This document shows positions 1 through 9,114 of a stretch of 64,000 nt of DNA, piece after piece (position 1 is the stretch's first letter; each line of letters begins with the position of its first letter). Both the position numbers and the translations under genes were made by a program. The stretch lies in assembly GCA_963665115.1 (NCBI GenBank), contig OY762007.1, positions 7,776,001 to 7,840,000 on the forward strand, given 5' to 3'. Source of the stretch: an uncultured Rivularia sp. Its GTDB lineage: Bacteria > Cyanobacteriota > Cyanobacteriia > Cyanobacteriales > Nostocaceae. Under the pieces are notes generated by a model. That model was not told where the DNA came from, made no database searches, and was given only the letters and a program-made list of their open reading frames with translations.

Positions 1-1312
1 CTGACGGTATGATGTTCTCTTTGCTTAAATCTGATGGTTTAATTAAAGAGGCGATCGCACTGGCTGCTTCGAGATACATTGTGGTGGTAATTGTTGCTGC
101 GCGACAATCTAAGGCACCGCGAAATACTCCGGGGAAAGCAAGTACGTTATTAATTTGATTCGGGTAGTCGCTGCGCCCGGTAGCAATTACGGCAACATCA
201 TCTTTAACTAATTCCGGCTGCACTTCTGGCACCGGATTCGCCATCGCAAATACAATTGCATCCTTTGCCATTGTCTTCACCATTTCTGGTGTCAATACTC
301 CCGGAGCGCTGACACCGATAAATACATCCGCATCTTTTACCGCATCGGCTAACTTTCCGGATGTTTTGACGGCAAATTCGCGCTTTTCTGGATTTAGGTT
401 ATTCCGACTCGTAGAAATAATCCCTTTGGAATCACACATCCAAATTTCCTTGGCTTTGGCTTTGCGGAGTAACTTGGCGATCGCCACTCCAGCAGCCCCG
501 GCACCGTTAATAACAATGCGGATTTCTTCGATAGGTTTTTGTACCAATTTCAAGGCGTTGAATAATGCAGCTAAGGTGACGATAGCCGTACCATGTTGAT
601 CGTCGTGAAACACCGGAATATCCAATTCTTCCCTCAATCTTGCTTCAATTTCAAAGCAACGAGGTGCGGCAATATCTTCTAGATTTACACCCCCAAATAC
701 CGGAGCAATATTTTTCACTATGTTAACAATTTCGTCTGTATCTTGAGTTGCAAGGCAGATGGGGAAAGCATCGATACCGGCAAACTCTTTAAATAGCATT
801 GCTTTCCCTTCCATGACTGGTAAAGCAGCTTCCGGGCCTAAATTACCTAACCCGAGAACAGCACTGCCATCGGTAACAATAGCAACAGTATTTTGCTTAA
901 TAGTTAAGTTGTAAACTTCCTCGGGATTTTGAGCGATGGCGCTACAAATGCGTCCTACACCGGGAGTGTAAGCCATTGCCAAATCGGATATACTCTTGAG
1001 TTGAATTCTGCTGGTAATACTAATTTTACCGCCGCGATGTAAATCAAAAGTGCGGTCATAGACATCTATAACCTTAATAACTGGCAACGCCTTAACCGCT
1101 TGGATAATATTGTCAGCGTGTTCCGTACTCGCAGCATCAACAGTAATATCGCGAATCGAAACCTGTCTGCTTTGCTCAATCAAATCAATTTGACCGAGAT
1201 TACCTCCAATTGATGCGATCGCATTGGTAACGCTAGCGAACATTCCGATACGATTGGGAATTTCCAAACGTAGAGTCAAACTAAAACTAGAATTGGGTGT
1301 TAAGTCTGGCAT
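1..1312 (-). CDS. NAD(P)-dependent malic enzyme with N-terminal ACT domain (3' end runs off the window; absent from the ORF track)
   Basis: Manual translation from ATG at 1312: MPDLTPNSSFSLTLRLEIPNRIGM...DLAMAYTPGVGRIC...VAIVTDGSAVLGLGNLGPEAALPVMEGKAMLFKEFAGIDAFP...FHDDQHGTA...GAGAAG...FAMANPVPE...ATGRSDYPNQINNVLAFPG. Confidence 0.95.
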   Translation of the reverse strand, partial: MPDLTPNSSFSLTLRLEIPNRIGMFASVTNAIASIGGNLGQIDLIEQSRQVSIRDITVDAASTEHADNIIQAVKALPVIKVIDVYDRTFDLHRGGKISITSRIQLKSISDLAMAYTPGVGRICSAIAQNPEEVYNLTIKQNTVAIVTDGSAVLGLGNLGPEAALPVMEGKAMLFKEFAGIDAFPICLATQDTDEIVNIVKNIAPVFGGVNLEDIAAPRCFEIEARLREELDIPVFHDDQHGTAIVTLAALFNALKLVQKPIEEIRIVINGAGAAGVAIAKLLRKAKAKEIWMCDSKGIISTSRNNLNPEKREFAVKTSGKLADAVKDADVFIGVSAPGVLTPEMVKTMAKDAIVFAMANPVPEVQPELVKDDVAVIATGRSDYPNQINNVLAFPGVFRGALDCRAATITTTMYLEAASAIASLIKPSDLSKENIIPS

Positions 1313-1736
1313 TGTAATCGGTAGATGACGAATATTAGCTTATCAAATTAAGGTTAAAGGATTTTGGATTTTAGATTTTAGATTTTGTATTGAAGAGTTA
1401 TGAGTTATATCGTATTGAAAGCATCTTGTTCGCTATCTTTCCAGCGTGTCGGCAAAAATATACATCTTGCTCCCTATCTTCCCCACCTTATTTTTTGCAA
1501 AGCTTGGCTGAGTTTCTCGGCTTGAGTTTCAGCAACAACTGCTGCATTTCGAGTTTGCGAGAATAACTCGGCTTATCTATGGCGATCGCCTCAATTGGTA
1601 AGAGTTTTTTCAAAAAATATCTATACTAGCTTTAACTAATTTATAATATTTCACCGCTATAATAGTCGTTTTAAATAAAAAACAGATGGTAGTGGGAGCA
1701 TCTTGCTCCCTCGTAGCAGTGTCCGCAATATGCTCC

Positions 1737-1852
1737 TAAGCTGATGCTAAATGTGAAAATTTGAAAAGGTTGTAGTGCTGCCTTCGCAGCGTGTCCGCCA
1801 GGACAAGCATCTTGCTCGCTATTACTATACAAATTAAATGCGTAGCAGCTTA
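1737..1852. mobile_element. MITE-like element, TAAGCTG...CAGCTTA family, copy 1
   Basis: Terminal inverted repeats TAAGCTG/CAGCTTA; the right ~38 nt are nearly identical to 53416..53518; REP-like remnant inside. Confidence 0.65.
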
Positions 1853-1907
1853 CTACGAAATTAATTGGAACGACTATAAATCTGCTGGTAAGGTAACAGG
1901 AGCAGGA

Positions 1908-2375
1908 ATGATTTCAATCATAAAACTAAATCCTGAAGATATCCACCAGTTTTTTTTATGGCGAGATCCAGATATTTATATTCATAATATCCTGCGACGA
2001 GAGGTAATGGAACATGAAGAAGGAAAGCGCATTATCTTCATTGCTTTAATTAATCTCAATATCGTAGGAACAGTACAATTTGTTCCCAAACATTATGACA
2101 TTGAATTGGCTGATGGAATCTCCACTGCTTACTTACAATCACTTTTAGTTGATATAAATTATAGAAGACAAGGTATCGGTAATCGATTAATTAAAGCAGT
2201 CGAATTTGAAGCAACACGGCGTAATTATCAGCGTTTAACTATTATGGTTGAATCAGATAATTCGGCAGCATTGAATCTATATCATAAAATGGGTTTTGCT
2301 TTTTTTAAAAACTCTCATAATATGTGGCGGGGAATGGAATATTGCGTCCAATGTTTTGAGAAAAGTTTAGTTTAA
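1908..2375 (+). CDS. GNAT family N-acetyltransferase
   Basis: Motif A VDINYRRQGIGNRL and motif B NSAALNLYHKMGF; ATG at 1908 follows an AGGAG RBS (the GTG at 1791 lies inside a repeat element). Confidence 0.85.
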   Translation: MISIIKLNPEDIHQFFLWRDPDIYIHNILRREVMEHEEGKRIIFIALINLNIVGTVQFVPKHYDIELADGISTAYLQSLLVDINYRRQGIGNRLIKAVEFEATRRNYQRLTIMVESDNSAALNLYHKMGFAFFKNSHNMWRGMEYCVQCFEKSLV

Positions 2376-2385
2376 TAATATAAAT

Positions 2386-2411
2386 GTAGAGACGTAGCAG
2401 TGCTACGTCTC
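2386..2411. repeat. GTAG-type REP-like palindrome GTAGAGACG-N-CGTCTC (other copies 2535..2562, 16949..16973, 38442..38470, 48486..48514)
   Basis: gtagagacgtagcagtgctacgtctc; five related copies read by eye. Confidence 0.8.
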
Positions 2412-2494
2412 CCCAGATTTTCGTTTGTATCGAAAATTTGCCGAAGGAGAAGGCGATAAATCGCTTACTACAAACCCATGAAAAATTGCACAGC

Positions 2495-2529
2495 AAAAAA
2501 CGCCTCCCGATTGCTCGGAAGGCGTTTTT
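2495..2529. terminator. Bidirectional intrinsic terminator between convergent GNAT and psbA
   Basis: aaaaaacgcctcccga-ttgc-tcggaaggcgttttt: stem flanked by A and T tracts. Confidence 0.8.
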
Positions 2530-2581
2530 ATAATGTAGAGACGTAATACATTACGTCTCCACGTCTGGAATTATTAAATTT

Positions 2582-3664
2582 TTAACCGTTGATTGCGGGA
2601 GCGCTAACTGCTACAGGAGCGGTTTCGCCAGCTGCCAAATCAAGTGGGAAGTTGTGTGCATTTCTTTCGTGCATTACTTCCATACCCAAGTTAGCTCTGT
2701 TCAATACATCAGCCCAGGTATTTACAACTCTACCGCTAGAATCGATTACAGACTGGTTGAAGTTGAAACCGTTCAAGTTGAACGCCATTGTGCTGATTCC
2801 CAAAGCGGTGAACCAGATTCCTACTACAGGCCATGCTGCTAAGAAGAAGTGCAAGCTACGGCTGTTGTTGAAGGAAGCGTATTGGAAGATCAAACGACCA
2901 AAGTAACCGTGTGCAGCTACGATGTTGTAAGTTTCTTCTTCTTGACCGAATTTGTAACCGTAGTTCTGAGACTCGGTTTCGGTTGTTTCACGTACCAAGC
3001 TCGAAGTTACCAAAGAACCGTGCATTGCACTGAACAAGCTTCCGCCAAATACACCTGCAACACCTAACTGGTGGAAGGGGTGCATCAAAATGTTGTGCTC
3101 AGCTTGGAACACGAACATGAAGTTGAAGGTACCCGAGATTCCCAAAGGCATACCGTCAGAGAAAGAACCTTGTCCAATTGGGTAAATCAAGAATACTGCG
3201 GTTGCTGCTGCTACTGGAGCAGAGAATGCAACACAGATCCAAGGACGCATACCCAAGCGGTAAGATAATTCCCACTCACGACCTAAGTAGCAAAATACGC
3301 CAATTAGGAAGTGGAAACATACCAACTGGTAAGGACCACCGTTGTACAACCACTCATCTAGAGAAGCTGCTTCCCAGATTGGGTAGAAGTGCAAACCAAT
3401 AGCGTTAGAAGAAGGAACAACTGCACCGGAGATGATGTTGTTTCCGTAGATCAACGAACCTGCAACAGGCTCGCGGATACCATCGATGTCAACAGGAGGT
3501 GCTGCGACAAAAGCGATGATGAAACAGGTGGTAGCAGCTAAGAGGGTAGGAATCATCAACATACCAAACCAACCGATGTATAAACGGTTATTGGTGCTGG
3601 TGATCCATCCGCAGAACTGTTCCCACGCACTGGCGCTCTCGCGTCTTTGTAATGTGGTTGTCAT
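2582..3664 (-). CDS. psbA: Photosystem II D1 protein (standard oxygen-evolving form, Glu130)
   Basis: 360 aa from [10 protein letters not shown]; Mn4Ca ligands D170, E189, H332, E333, D342 and A344 present; 16-aa C-terminal extension; YLGREWEL. Confidence 0.99.
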   Translation of the reverse strand: MTTTLQRRESASAWEQFCGWITSTNNRLYIGWFGMLMIPTLLAATTCFIIAFVAAPPVDIDGIREPVAGSLIYGNNIISGAVVPSSNAIGLHFYPIWEAASLDEWLYNGGPYQLVCFHFLIGVFCYLGREWELSYRLGMRPWICVAFSAPVAAATAVFLIYPIGQGSFSDGMPLGISGTFNFMFVFQAEHNILMHPFHQLGVAGVFGGSLFSAMHGSLVTSSLVRETTETESQNYGYKFGQEEETYNIVAAHGYFGRLIFQYASFNNSRSLHFFLAAWPVVGIWFTALGISTMAFNLNGFNFNQSVIDSSGRVVNTWADVLNRANLGMEVMHERNAHNFPLDLAAGETAPVAVSAPAING

Positions 3665-3897
3665 GGTTCGGATAATTGCGTTTTTGTTTGTCATATAATC
3701 GGGTTCGATTTCTCTTCCCCGTTAATAACTACTTTACATTAGTTTATCCACTTAGGATCATTTACTCAGATTATTATTACTTATTTAAAATATAATTATA
3801 GCTTATATCGTGAATTGGGCATTGGGGATTGGTAATTGGGTAGAAAAATTCCTAACTCCTAACTCCCTAACTATGCCCTATCCCCCATTCCCCAAAT

Positions 3898-5400
3898 TTA
3901 AAAATCAAAGTAGATATACGGTAATCTTCCTTCGGGAGCTAAAACCCAAACTGCCCAAAGACATAAGGGTATAAATAAAAGTTTCAAATGCCAATTAAGT
4001 TTTAATTTGAGGCGATTGTTGAGGGCGTAAGAAATAGCCATGATGGAGGCGATCGCGATTAATAGAGCAGCTAGTTGATACTGACTAATGCCTATAGCTT
4101 CTACATAGACTTTTTGGGCAAATTGCGCGTCGGCACTACGACCAAATAAATGAGTAATTACTAACCAGGAGTCTTGTACGTTAGGTAAGCGGAACCATAT
4201 CCATGAAGTGAAAACCATTAGTTGAGTTAGCAGCCAAGCTATAACTATTCCCGCTGGATTTTGCCAGAAGTTTTCTAAAGGCTCATATTTGTCGCTAACA
4301 ACATCGGTTAAACGATGCACCACTAACGCTAAACCGTGATAAGCACCCCAAATCACCCACCCTAATGCTGCATCGTGCCAAATCCCGGCAACAACCATGA
4401 CAATAAATAAGTTCAAGCAGGTGCGAGCTAAACCCTTACGCGAACCACCCAGGGGAAAGTAAAGGTAATTACGCAGCCAGTCACCCAAACTCATGTGCCA
4501 GCGCCGCCAAAAGTCAGCAATGCTGGTGCTAAAGTAAGGATGATTGAAGTTTTCTGGCAATACTAAACCGAAGAGTAAAGCACTACCGCGAGCAATATCT
4601 ACATAACCGCTAAAATCTAAATACAGTTGTAAGCCGTAAGCAAAAGTAGCTAACCACAAATCGATGCTACCGGCTCGTTGCAAACTGCTGAAAGCGAGAT
4701 CGACATAAATTCCCAAATGGTCTGCTAAAAGAGCTTTTTTCACCGCACCCCTAGCAATTAACCATAATCCCTCAGTTATCGTATCGGCATTAGGAAATTT
4801 GAGATGATTAAATTGACTTGCCAGATTGTGGTAGCGAGTAATTGGGCCGGAAATTAGTTTAGTAAAGAAAGATTTATAAGTTGCAAATTCAATAAATTGT
4901 CCAGAAGCAGGGGCACCGCGATAAATATCGACTAAATAAGCAATGCATTCAAAAGTAAAATATGAAATTCCCAAAGGTGCAAGTGCTTTCAAAGCACTCA
5001 CAGTTTCAGAATTAGTACTGCTTGAATTAAAAAAGCCAAATAAAGGCGGTAGATACTTAAACCCAAACAGCAGCAAAATATTTAAACCAATTCCCAGCCA
5101 TAAAACCTTCAAACGGCGACGATTCCAATCAGCTTGAGCAAATTGCCATTCTTCATTAGAAATTCGCCAATCAAGAGTATGCTTTCCGGGGGAAGTATTT
5201 TGTCCGAGAGCCAAACCCAAACGAAAATTGATAAAAGTCAGCGTCACCAACAGCGGTAAATAATAAAACTGGTTAGACGCATAAAAAATTAAGCTGGCAA
5301 TAAATAAAGTCCACAGACGCAACCTTTGTTGTTCTAAAGACCAATAAATTACCAACGCAGCGATTAAAAATAGTCCGTATCCGAACGAGATGAAATTCAT
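3898..5400 (-). CDS. MBOAT family O-acyltransferase (AlgI/DltB-like)
   Basis: PLGISYFTF, LYLDFSGYVDIA, PENFNHPY, FWRRWHMSLGDWLRNYLYFPLGG, catalytic His in GIWH. Confidence 0.93.
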   Translation of the reverse strand: MNFISFGYGLFLIAALVIYWSLEQQRLRLWTLFIASLIFYASNQFYYLPLLVTLTFINFRLGLALGQNTSPGKHTLDWRISNEEWQFAQADWNRRRLKVLWLGIGLNILLLFGFKYLPPLFGFFNSSSTNSETVSALKALAPLGISYFTFECIAYLVDIYRGAPASGQFIEFATYKSFFTKLISGPITRYHNLASQFNHLKFPNADTITEGLWLIARGAVKKALLADHLGIYVDLAFSSLQRAGSIDLWLATFAYGLQLYLDFSGYVDIARGSALLFGLVLPENFNHPYFSTSIADFWRRWHMSLGDWLRNYLYFPLGGSRKGLARTCLNLFIVMVVAGIWHDAALGWVIWGAYHGLALVVHRLTDVVSDKYEPLENFWQNPAGIVIAWLLTQLMVFTSWIWFRLPNVQDSWLVITHLFGRSADAQFAQKVYVEAIGISQYQLAALLIAIASIMAISYALNNRLKLKLNWHLKLLFIPLCLWAVWVLAPEGRLPYIYFDF

Positions 5401-5575
5401 TTTTCAATTATCAATTATCAATTATCAATAGGGATTGGGCATGGTGAATTGGAAGACAAGGTAAAAATTGAACTTTTAAACTTTAGATTGAACAATTCTT
5501 GAATAAAAGAATTTAAATTAAAAATTTTTTATTCATAACTCCTAACTCTTAATTCCTAACTTTTTTATTTCCCAT

Positions 5576-5608
5576 CCCCAATGCCCAATGCCCAATGCTC
5601 AATGCCCA
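5576..5608. repeat. STRR heptamer array (CCCAATG)n; related arrays at 3815-3841, 12200-12225, 15250-15290, 19685-19717, 63500-63543
   Basis: Tandem CCCAATG/CCCCATG units, typical of heterocystous cyanobacteria. Confidence 0.85.
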
Positions 5609-5612
5609 TCTC

Positions 5613-8519
5613 CTACTTCCCACCCCAGGGAATCATCGGATCTTTGGCGAGTTTCTTGGATACTTCATATGCACCGTAACGGTTGAGGTGACTGGGATCG
5701 GAAAAGTAGTCGTTGGCTTTTAACCACGTTTGACTCAAGTCTCGGTAAACGAAGTTGGAACCGCTTGTTGCTAAATCCAACATATATTTCTCAAATTCTT
5801 GTTCGTATTTTGTCCGAGAGTTATCTAAATATTCTGCTGTTAGGGGCATATTTACAAACACTACGTTTATATTTCGTTTTTCTGTGTAGTTAAGTACTGC
5901 TTGCAGGGCTTCGTTTTGTTCGCCTAGTAATTCAAAGTCTTGATAGTCTCGATCGTAATTACCCGCTACTTTGGCGTGTTTTTTATAATAAGTGCTGGGG
6001 TTAAAACGGATAGATAATGGCAGAAATCCATCAAAGTCTACTGCGTAATTGGAAATGTCTTCTGAAGGATCTGTTAAGTCATCTGAAGTATCTACTTTTT
6101 TAAGAGCGCTAATAATGGGTAAAGATTTATATATTTTGACAATCTGACCTTTTAGTTTGTCGCGTTTTTTATAGGAACTCGAAACCGTAGAAAATCCTTC
6201 GTTTAATTTATCGTTGATAACTTGATTGCCATTGGTTTTTTGTTTGGCAATTTCTGCTTCTTTGGCGGTTATTGGCGTATCTGTGGAATCAATTCTTGCT
6301 AAGGATGTTTTTAAAGCATACTGATAACCAGGAGATTTTAAAATAGAATCAAAGGTATTATCTGTTCTACCGCTATTAAAAGCACGCGAACCATCTGCCC
6401 AAATAATTGTTTTTGGCAGTTCTGCTGGCTGGAGTACGCGACGAATTATAAAGTCTACTACTTGGGCTGTTGCTCCGTTAATACCAAAGTTAAATACATC
6501 AACATCTGGATAACCCTGCGTTGCTAAACCTTTAGAAAGTGCATCTGGATCTACACCTCGTAAAGCACGAGAGGAGCCAATAATTAAAACATCGGGTGGT
6601 ACACCGTTTTTTGCTACGCGCTGTTTGTATAGCGCTAGCTGTTCGTCTAACTGGCGAGCATTAAAACTGGGAAGTTGCGATCGCGCTGCTAGGAGAATGG
6701 CTGTTGCTGTTGCTTTACCTCGCGATGAATCATTTTTACTGGTGAAGCCGGAATTGTTAAAGGTCGATCTGGGCTTGGATTGTTCTTCGGTGCTGTTGGC
6801 GAGAAATGCTGTTGGTGGTTCTTCGGGTGTTATGGGAGATTGAGCGACTTGTGGAGTCGGAGGTGCAAGGGAAGTCAAAATTTTACCCGTTAGCCAATCA
6901 GTTTGTAGAGTTAACAGTAATCCTACGGCACCCCAAATTAATGCTACACGACCGACTCCTTCTGAAGTCTCGGATGGCTGCTGTTTTTCAACAAATAGCT
7001 GGGTACCTAAAAACCAGTTTTTGATGGTTCCGCCCCAATCCCGCGCTACGTTCGCAACGAAGTTCTGAACTTCTTCTGCGGTTAAATCGGGACGCAATAC
7101 GGGTTCTTCGTCATTGGGTAACAGTTCCTGCACGTAGGCAGAAGTAGCGGCAAATTCTGGAGTTGCTTCGGGTACTACCCGCTCGCGCTGCTTGAAATCC
7201 ACTCCGGATTGCCAAAATGGTTTTTTATTCCCGGCACGCCTTCCGTAAACGCGCACGCCTGCAAGCTCTGATAACTGTAAATGTTTAATTAAATTAATAA
7301 TTTTGGCAGCTATTTTTTTACGTGCGGGACATACCGGGGCATCGCACATGATGTGTAATAAATCTGCTTTTTCTGCCAATATTACGCGAATTCCGCCGGT
7401 TTGCAAGCGCTTATCTAAATTGGGATTAAGCAATCGTTGAAGTAAAAAAGTGATTGCTTCCATGTCGCCATTATTGGCTAATTCTATCGGCGATGTTGCT
7501 AAAGCTGTATGATATGAAGCTGGTAAAGACTGCCAATCAATCCACTCAGGTTGAGAAGAAGTTACTGTCTTTTGTCCGTAAATGGCTGCCGATAGTATTC
7601 CTTGAGGAGCTAATGCTTCTAAGCTCGGAACAATTTTATCCAAGCAGAATTTTTGAGCCGGAATCGCCGCATCTTCTGGAGATTCAGTACCGGGCATACA
7701 AAATATATGTAGCGTTGAATCTTGCAAAGAAGCCTGTATCTCTACCTTGGAATTATTAAATCCAATATTTAACAGCCTGACAATTGCCTGCACATCTCCC
7801 CATCGCGCCCATTCTTTGAGCATTACTTCTGGGGGTGTCAAATCAATTAACAACAGCCAATCCGGCTGAGTTTCGCCCACTACTTGCGTCGAAATCACTG
7901 CATCTTGATAATTCAACAGCTTAAGATTTCGTAACTTAGCTGCTACAGGCTCGGCAATTAAAGATGGGTCTGGCGTATAATTTGACTGACAAAAAACCCA
8001 CAAACGACCTTTATTGTTAGGAGCGCTCGGCTTTATTTTTTGCCTTTTAACTTTGACTTGAACGGCTACACCCAAGGTACTCAGGGTTTCGCTGAGATAG
8101 CGAGCAATCGCGTTTGGATCTCCCTGACGGGCTAAACTCTCATTCGATAAGATTAGCGCTCCGGGAGGTGCATCCGCCGCAAGTTGTGCTTGTTTTACTT
8201 CTTCTAAGTGCTTTTCAAGTTGATTTAAGTAAACCTTGTGACACCATTCTGGGCGTTTTTCGGTTTTTTTCTTTCCGTAAACGAAAACTTGGTATATTGA
8301 AGGTTGTTCGCTTTTTGTTAAAGCATCTAAATCGGTTTGCTGTAAAGCTTTAAGCAAATCGGATAAAGTGTTCCAACGAGGAGGACACTCAGATGATTCG
8401 CAAAGAATGTGCAGGTCGTTTCCTCGCAACCGGACTTTTACCCCTATAGAGTTTATTCCTGTTGCTTGGCTTACCCACTGTGCTAATGATTGTTGAGTTT
8501 CTAAAAAGGCTGTTTTCAT
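5613..8519 (-). CDS. Large membrane-anchored protein: four N-terminal repeats, one TM helix, C-terminal SGNH-like (DUF1574/DltD/AlgJ-like) domain
   Basis: IIGSSR, NFGINGA and DPSHLN motifs; hydrophobic VALIWGAVGLLLTL; lies directly upstream of the MBOAT; ATG at 8519 preferred to TTG at 8564. Confidence 0.75.
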   Translation of the reverse strand: MKTAFLETQQSLAQWVSQATGINSIGVKVRLRGNDLHILCESSECPPRWNTLSDLLKALQQTDLDALTKSEQPSIYQVFVYGKKKTEKRPEWCHKVYLNQLEKHLEEVKQAQLAADAPPGALILSNESLARQGDPNAIARYLSETLSTLGVAVQVKVKRQKIKPSAPNNKGRLWVFCQSNYTPDPSLIAEPVAAKLRNLKLLNYQDAVISTQVVGETQPDWLLLIDLTPPEVMLKEWARWGDVQAIVRLLNIGFNNSKVEIQASLQDSTLHIFCMPGTESPEDAAIPAQKFCLDKIVPSLEALAPQGILSAAIYGQKTVTSSQPEWIDWQSLPASYHTALATSPIELANNGDMEAITFLLQRLLNPNLDKRLQTGGIRVILAEKADLLHIMCDAPVCPARKKIAAKIINLIKHLQLSELAGVRVYGRRAGNKKPFWQSGVDFKQRERVVPEATPEFAATSAYVQELLPNDEEPVLRPDLTAEEVQNFVANVARDWGGTIKNWFLGTQLFVEKQQPSETSEGVGRVALIWGAVGLLLTLQTDWLTGKILTSLAPPTPQVAQSPITPEEPPTAFLANSTEEQSKPRSTFNNSGFTSKNDSSRGKATATAILLAARSQLPSFNARQLDEQLALYKQRVAKNGVPPDVLIIGSSRALRGVDPDALSKGLATQGYPDVDVFNFGINGATAQVVDFIIRRVLQPAELPKTIIWADGSRAFNSGRTDNTFDSILKSPGYQYALKTSLARIDSTDTPITAKEAEIAKQKTNGNQVINDKLNEGFSTVSSSYKKRDKLKGQIVKIYKSLPIISALKKVDTSDDLTDPSEDISNYAVDFDGFLPLSIRFNPSTYYKKHAKVAGNYDRDYQDFELLGEQNEALQAVLNYTEKRNINVVFVNMPLTAEYLDNSRTKYEQEFEKYMLDLATSGSNFVYRDLSQTWLKANDYFSDPSHLNRYGAYEVSKKLAKDPMIPWGGK

Positions 8520-8764
8520 CGGAAGTTGACGAAAAGGGATTGAGCGGACGCAGTTAGCTGGCAAGAGCTAGTAGACTAGAACTATCGATCGGGGTTAAGC
8601 GGGGCAAGTATTTTTTACAATGCTTTATTATCTCCATAACTTAATCTATTAGTTTGATGTCGTTGATTTAATTAGCCCATATTAACTTCGTAAAAAAGAT
8701 AATTTGTCTTTCATATGAAGTTTTGTGTTCGATCTAACTTATCTTACAGCAGTAAAAAATATCT

Positions 8765-9013
8765 ATGTCATCTCAAGCAGTTAATTCTAAATCACTATCA
8801 GGCGGCTTAAATTTGGGTTTATTCTCAATTCCCCAGTCTGTCATATTGCTTTCCGGTACCGTTTCTGTCTTAACATTAGTGTTAGCAGAAAAAGCTACAA
8901 GCGAAGCACTCATAGCCGTAGGACAAGCCAGCGAAGAACTATTTCGAGGCGAGCGCCTACCCATACTTGATTTTCCGACTTCAACCCAAACAAAAGACCA
9001 AAACCCAGTTTAA
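8765..9013 (+). CDS. Small hypothetical protein upstream of ppc
   Basis: 82-aa ORF with a hydrophobic segment and SEELFRGERLP tail; same strand as ppc. Confidence 0.65.
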   Translation: MSSQAVNSKSLSGGLNLGLFSIPQSVILLSGTVSVLTLVLAEKATSEALIAVGQASEELFRGERLPILDFPTSTQTKDQNPV

Positions 9014-9114
9014 GTTGATTTAACCCGTTTTGGGGTGGAAATTTAATTTCTATGTAGGTGCTGCAACAGACGAAAAAATCATATACAGTAATCTGCTCTA
9101 TTACCTATTAGGAT

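Noticed and set aside
366..3698. Short plus-strand ORFs overlapping malic enzyme and psbA
   Set aside because: Antisense shadows of strong genes; the same applies to most 60-120-aa ORFs nested in longer CDSs.
3898..8519. dlt D-alanylation operon
   Set aside because: No DltA ligase or DltC carrier gene adjacent; the acyl donor cannot be assigned.
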